Of a stretch of DNA of 64,000 nucleotides, positions 59,378 through 64,000 are shown piece by piece. The stretch is from positions 1 to 64,000 of the forward strand of contig CAVPLU010000004.1 in assembly GCA_963706285.1 (NCBI GenBank), in the 5' to 3' direction. The notes beneath the pieces are model-generated. The model ran no database searches and was not told the origin of the DNA. It worked only from the letters and a program-made list of their open reading frames with translations. Each line of letters opens with the position of its first letter. Position 1 is the stretch's first letter. The translations under genes were made by a program, and so were the position numbers. This stretch comes from Candidatus Bathyarchaeota archaeon. GTDB taxonomy: Archaea; Thermoproteota; Bathyarchaeia; 40CM-2-53-6.

Positions 59378-60077
59378 GTGAGTTGCATGCGTGTAGTTCT
59401 TTTTGACATCGACGGCACGCTCATACTGAAGCGTAGTACCGACGCGAACGAGAAGGAACGTTTCAGACGCGCGATCGCTGACGAGGTTGGGGTATCTCCC
59501 CCGACTGAGCCTTGGCAATATGACGGTATGGTAGATCCTCAAATCTGCAGACTCCTTCTGATCAAAGTTGGTCTGAGCCCGGAGCGATGCAGATAGACAT
59601 CTCCGAAAGGTGATCGAACGAGTCGGACAAATCTATGCGGCAATGGAGAAGCAACCAATACTGAGCGACGGCGTCGAGAAATTGCTTCCAATTCTGCATG
59701 CCTCAAAGCAGAAGCTCGGAGTTCTTACCGGTAACATTTCAGTTGTGGCCGAGGAGAAGCTTCGCATCACGGGAATTCGAGACTACTTCGAGGAGGCATT
59801 CTACAGCGACGGCTACTTTGACAGAGGAGATTTAGTGAGGAATGCGGTCAAGACTTGCGTTAGTAAGTATCAACTGCGCGATAATGGAGAAGTCACAGTC
59901 ATCGGCGATACGCCGCGTGATGTGGAAGCCGCGAAGCATAGCGGCGTGAGGGTTCTGGCCGTTGCGAGTGGATTCTTCTCCGAGAGCGAACTGGCAGCAG
60001 CTGGACCGAATGCTGTCTTCCGTGACTTGAATCCTCGTAGGGAGTTGCTTAGCGCTCTTGCAGTCGAAGTTGCCTAG
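59378..60077 (+). CDS. HAD-superfamily hydrolase (frameshift ~59588)
   Basis: LFDIDGTL, LTGN, IGDTPRDV. Confidence 0.9.
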
Positions 60078-60100
60078 TCTCTCGGGCTCCAGTCTGCTTT

Positions 60101-60994
60101 CTATCGTAGACTGTTCACAATCAGCTGGTTGAGTTTCGCCGCTTCTTTTCCTGTTGAATCTCTGCGAGCATTGAACACCATGATGGCTAGTCCGCATAGT
60201 CTTCCCGACTGGTTGACAACCTTCAGAGCGTTCGCGCATTCGGATAACCCAAGCCCGTCTGGCACGGGCATATGAATCGCTTCCATCTCTTTCGGATCCA
60301 AGACATCTATGTCGATGTGGACGTAGATTCTTTTTGAGGCTCGTAGCAGTTTCTCGGTTGCCTCCATCATAGCGTGCTCAGGCCCCAGCTCTCGGACTTT
60401 GTCCATCGTGTAGAGATTGACTTTAGATTTCTTCAGCATCTCTCGCTCGGGTGGGTCGAGGTCTCGAGCACCAAAGATCGCTATCTGTTCCTCTTGTAGC
60501 TGGGGTTTGTGGCCAAAGATATTCGTCAGCAGGTCGGGCCCACGCCCTGCGAGTACCGCCACATCCATTCCTCCGACAAGTCCGGAAGGTGTAGTTTCAG
60601 GGGTGTTGAAATCGCCATGGGCGTCAAGGTAGATCAGCCCGATTGATTCACCGAGTCCCTGCTGTAGTCCTTCCACGATGCCCATGATGATGCTGTCCTC
60701 TGAGCCGAGTATGAGAGGGAAGTATCCTTCCTCGCATGCGCTTCTCACTCGGGGAGCTATGGCTCTGCAAACCGCTACAACTTGGTGAGGGTTGAGAAGC
60801 CTCGGATCAGTATCATCTCGCGGGGGCAGATTCGCTTTCACATCGCCCAGATCCGCAACGGTCTCGGCAACTTGGCTTAGTTGTTTGACTAATCCTGCCT
60901 TGCGAAGTGCTGCAGGTCCTTCATCTATTCCCTCACCTTTCCAGCCCACGGTGTAGGGAATCCCGATTACACCGATCGATTTGAGCTTCGCCAA
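60101..60994 (-). CDS. Arginase/ureohydrolase family protein (variant motifs)
   Basis: GPAALR, LDAHGDFNTPETTPSG, HIDIDVLDP. Confidence 0.9.
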   Translation of the reverse strand: MAKLKSIGVIGIPYTVGWKGEGIDEGPAALRKAGLVKQLSQVAETVADLGDVKANLPPRDDTDPRLLNPHQVVAVCRAIAPRVRSACEEGYFPLILGSEDSIIMGIVEGLQQGLGESIGLIYLDAHGDFNTPETTPSGLVGGMDVAVLAGRGPDLLTNIFGHKPQLQEEQIAIFGARDLDPPEREMLKKSKVNLYTMDKVRELGPEHAMMEATEKLLRASKRIYVHIDIDVLDPKEMEAIHMPVPDGLGLSECANALKVVNQSGRLCGLAIMVFNARRDSTGKEAAKLNQLIVNSLR

Positions 60995-61145
60995 GTCTAG
61001 GAACTCCAGGCATGATGAGTGGCGCGAGTTCCTTCAAAGCTTAATGGCTCGGTTAGCCTACGAGTCGATTCGGGTTGCGACCTCGGGCACTGAAGCTTTG
61101 CCTCAGCAGCGAGGGGAAGGGTCGAATGCAAATGGTCACAAGGAG

Positions 61146-62360
61146 ATGAAAGGCTTGCCGATCCTGCGAGCATTCGATGGAATCGGAAGAGACGCTAGGC
61201 TGTTGCTCACTTCATCGTTCATAGGGGGTGTATCCTACGCGTTTTATTTCCTGATACTGCCCTTCTACCTTATCTCGGCAGGGTACGATGCCACGTGGAT
61301 CGGTATTGCTAACGCGACCTTCGGCGTATCCATGACCCTATTCATAATTCCGGCAGGGATACTCGCGGACTCGTTCGGCCGTAGGAGATTCAATCTTTTC
61401 GGCTATGTGGTCATGAGTCTTGGAATGATTGTCGTGGCGCTGAGCCCTTCAGTTCCTGCGATCATCGGAGGAGCAGCTCTTTCAGGATTCGGCGGAGCAT
61501 TGACCTTCGCCTCCTCGGGGGCGCTCCTTGCGGGGTCAGTGCCCGAAAGGCGAATGACGACAATCTTCAGCTACTCCTATTTTCTGAGTGCATTCGCGTC
61601 GTCGCTGGGCTCTGCCGCAGGCTGGCTTCCCACTATCCTGACCGACCTCTCCGGCGCCAGCCGTTTGCTCGCTCTTCAAGGGACAATGGGAATCGGGGGA
61701 GTCATTACACTGTTAGGAGCCGTTCCGTTGCTGTTCGTACACGAGGCTCGGACTGAACAGAAGCGTGAGGCGAGGTTCAGTTTGAAATCTCGCGGGATCA
61801 TCGCCAAATTCATGATAGTCAATATCTTCATCGGATTCGGAGCCGGACTTACCATACCATTGTTCCCAGTGTATTTCTGGAAGAAATTTGGCGTTGACAG
61901 CGGCCCAATGGGAACGTTGCAGGCCGTGTCAAATCTTGTTGCTGCATTGGCATTCTTGGCAGCGCCGAAGGTAGCCTCACGGTTGGGAAGAGTACGAGGA
62001 ATAGTCATTACGACCGGGATCTCAGTCCCACTATTGGCTTTGATCCCGCTGGCTCCAAGTTTCCTACTCTCAACGCCTTTCTATGTCGCACGTCAAGCCA
62101 TGATCAACATGAATTCGCCGATTATCGATAGCCTCATCATGCGTTTGGTAGATGAGAAGGAGCGTGCCACTGCGGCTGGTGTCGCGCAGCTCTTCTGGAA
62201 CCTCCCCAACTCGTTTGGGCAGCCTGTTGGCGGGTACATGATCGACAAGATATGGATTGATGCGCCTCCGTTCTCCACGGCGGCGTTCTACGTTGTCTAT
62301 ACTACCATGTTCTGGGTGATGTTTAGGAACGTCAAGGACTCGCGGACTACTGAACTCTGA
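61146..62360 (+). CDS. MFS transporter (paralog of 55903-57150)
   Basis: LADSFGRR; shared GAG..IP..P..F and NM.SP..DSL.M.LV...ERATA...W.LPN. Confidence 0.9.
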   Translation: MKGLPILRAFDGIGRDARLLLTSSFIGGVSYAFYFLILPFYLISAGYDATWIGIANATFGVSMTLFIIPAGILADSFGRRRFNLFGYVVMSLGMIVVALSPSVPAIIGGAALSGFGGALTFASSGALLAGSVPERRMTTIFSYSYFLSAFASSLGSAAGWLPTILTDLSGASRLLALQGTMGIGGVITLLGAVPLLFVHEARTEQKREARFSLKSRGIIAKFMIVNIFIGFGAGLTIPLFPVYFWKKFGVDSGPMGTLQAVSNLVAALAFLAAPKVASRLGRVRGIVITTGISVPLLALIPLAPSFLLSTPFYVARQAMINMNSPIIDSLIMRLVDEKERATAAGVAQLFWNLPNSFGQPVGGYMIDKIWIDAPPFSTAAFYVVYTTMFWVMFRNVKDSRTTEL

Positions 62361-63434
62361 CTAGGTAGCTCGCTTCAATGTTTCAGCCTGCAGGGTCTTC
62401 TGAAGAAGATCAAGTTCCTTCTCGGCTATCTGATTCTGCCAAGCCTCGAAGCAATCGATCTCGTAGAGAGTTTTGATGAGTCGAATGCTATTGTTCAGGT
62501 GTCCGATGATGTCGCCGGGCTCCTGGGAGACTCCGTTGAAAAGCTCACTTTGTCTAGCGGACCAATCACCAGGCTGATCTGAGCCCGGAACGAAATCATG
62601 AATGTATTCTTCGAGGCTGACTCTATCAATTGCACTCCCAATTCTTCGGATTGTGTGGGTCCTTTGCCAATGTGCTTCGTCGACCCCGTATAGGGGCATG
62701 TCATAGTTGTTGGTCGATAGGGCAGTAAGGTTACCCATCGCAAATGCAACCATCGAAATATCGTTTTGCTTCGCAATATGATTGAGAATCCCAAGGCCAT
62801 ATTCGGAAATGAAACCGTAGATGATCCATTTCTCAATCTTACATCCAGATTTCTGACAATGCTTCAGAGTAGCGTTGATGCTTACCTCTCCGGAACGTCC
62901 GCTTGCCACCGTATCCTGCATGACCAACACGATCTTCTTTCCCTTGGGGAACTCCGAAAACTCATGATGGACAATCTCAATCTCTCTCTGAACCATTCCG
63001 TCGTGGTCCCTGTAGGACCTGTACGTGTATCTCGGGCGAAGGTAGACTGTCCTGTATGATGCTACCAGAACCTCAGGAGCGATATCTTGAAGCTTGTATC
63101 CAGGAGCTGCTCGCAGGATCTGCTCGAAAACGATCTGAGAATCATCGTCCCTGCCGCCTACCTCGGACAGCTCCAAAATTGCAGGGAGTGCTTCAGCTGC
63201 AGCTTCACGCGATTTCTGCTCGAGCGATTCGCCGACCAGATGCGGATAGCAAGCAATCTCACGCGCCATCGGTGTATCAATAATGAATGCGGGAAATTCC
63301 AGCCGGTCAATTCTGAAGATCCTTGTTCTACTACCGAGTTTGGCTTTCTTGGTCTTCACGAGTTTCGTCGAGTCGGTGTCGATCTTGTACTCTTGAATCA
63401 TCCGGTCAATAGTCCCACGGGTTGGCTCCATCAT
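62361..63434 (-). CDS. Divergent type I phosphoribosyltransferase-like (UPRT-like) protein
   Basis: QILRAAPG, LVMQDTVASGRS, PGSDQPGDWSAR. Confidence 0.5.
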   Translation of the reverse strand: MMEPTRGTIDRMIQEYKIDTDSTKLVKTKKAKLGSRTRIFRIDRLEFPAFIIDTPMAREIACYPHLVGESLEQKSREAAAEALPAILELSEVGGRDDDSQIVFEQILRAAPGYKLQDIAPEVLVASYRTVYLRPRYTYRSYRDHDGMVQREIEIVHHEFSEFPKGKKIVLVMQDTVASGRSGEVSINATLKHCQKSGCKIEKWIIYGFISEYGLGILNHIAKQNDISMVAFAMGNLTALSTNNYDMPLYGVDEAHWQRTHTIRRIGSAIDRVSLEEYIHDFVPGSDQPGDWSARQSELFNGVSQEPGDIIGHLNNSIRLIKTLYEIDCFEAWQNQIAEKELDLLQKTLQAETLKRAT

Positions 63435-63897
63435 GCTGCATACCCAAATGCACTGGCTGGACAATCGTGTGAATGATCTGAATGTGTGTCTTTCGGCTCC
63501 GATTAGTAGCAGTGTCTATTCGAGGTTCTGAGAAACACTATAATATGGATCCCTTCTACGTGACGAACCGAAACCCGATTCAAGACGTGAGACACATGAG
63601 CATGCCTGAAGAAGAGATCGTCAAACGTGCATTGGATGAACTTCACCTGAGAGTATCAGAATCCGCCAAGGGTGAACTTGTGCCTCCCTGTGAAGCCGCT
63701 GCCAAACGGGAACAATGTTGTAACCCTCAAGTGCACTCAGGGATCAACCTCATACGAGGTCGAAATAGAGCTCACGAAGAGAGGAAAGTTCGTAGACCTC
63801 CGAACGAAATGACGAACGTCGATTCTATCTTGTGCGTCGCACAGTCCTTAGCGTGAACGTTGCGCCTTCAGCAAGATCCTACTGTATGATCTTGGTC

Positions 63898-64000
63898 TCA
63901 AGAATTGCGAGGGAAACAGGCGGCGTAGTGGTGCGGTTCGATCTCTTCTAGCTGTGGCTCGCGGTCCGTGCAGATCTTTTGCGCGTAAGGACATCTGGGG
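63898..64000 (-). CDS. 3' end of an oligopeptide/dipeptide ABC ATPase (partial, runs off the window)
   Basis: Hand translation PRCPYAQKICTDREPQLEEIEPHHYAACFPRNS*. Confidence 0.85.
   Translation of the reverse strand, partial: PRCPYAQKICTDREPQLEEIEPHHYAACFPRNS

Noticed and set aside
63598-63856. PaREP1/HEPN-like small protein
   Set aside because: Only a faint resemblance in GELVPPCEAAAK; the rest is unrecognisable.
1-64000. CRISPR arrays, rRNA genes, intact IS elements, selenocysteine recoding
   Set aside because: None seen by eye; internal stops are explained by nearby indels.

Overview
Archaeal chromosome segment. Evidence: aCPSF1/FttA, two proteasome beta subunits, Sm-L37e, Dph5, RbkR and BHB-intron tRNAs. 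It is most likely a TACK archaeon, probably Bathyarchaeia (inference from gene content only). Four parts: (1) 1-5.5 kb, a variable island next to an intron-containing tRNA-Ser(GCT), with an integrase remnant, a TIR-like protein and zinc-ribbon membrane proteins. (2) 5.5-12 kb, mixed housekeeping genes (OsmC, thyX, deoC), an unannotated 50-aa protamine-like ORF and an AGPS/DAG-kinase deletion scar. (3) 12-39 kb, the main candidate system: a putative N-heterocycle or (thio)nucleobase catabolic cluster. It holds FdrA/DUF1116/DUF2877 (AllFGH-like), two tandem xanthine-dehydrogenase-family L-M-S triplets, CoxG, a cyclase-family hydrolase, a ubiquitin-like GG protein, a Cys-less thiolase with DUF35, two paralogous GNAT-like genes, a TudS-like Fe-S protein and a BMP nucleoside ABC transporter. 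(4) 39-64 kb, core archaeal genes plus tRNA-Val(GAC) and a tRNA-Lys(CTT) with three introns. About 17 genes have single-base frameshifts, mostly +1 insertions, which look like long-read errors. All functional calls come from reading motifs by eye; no database search was run.
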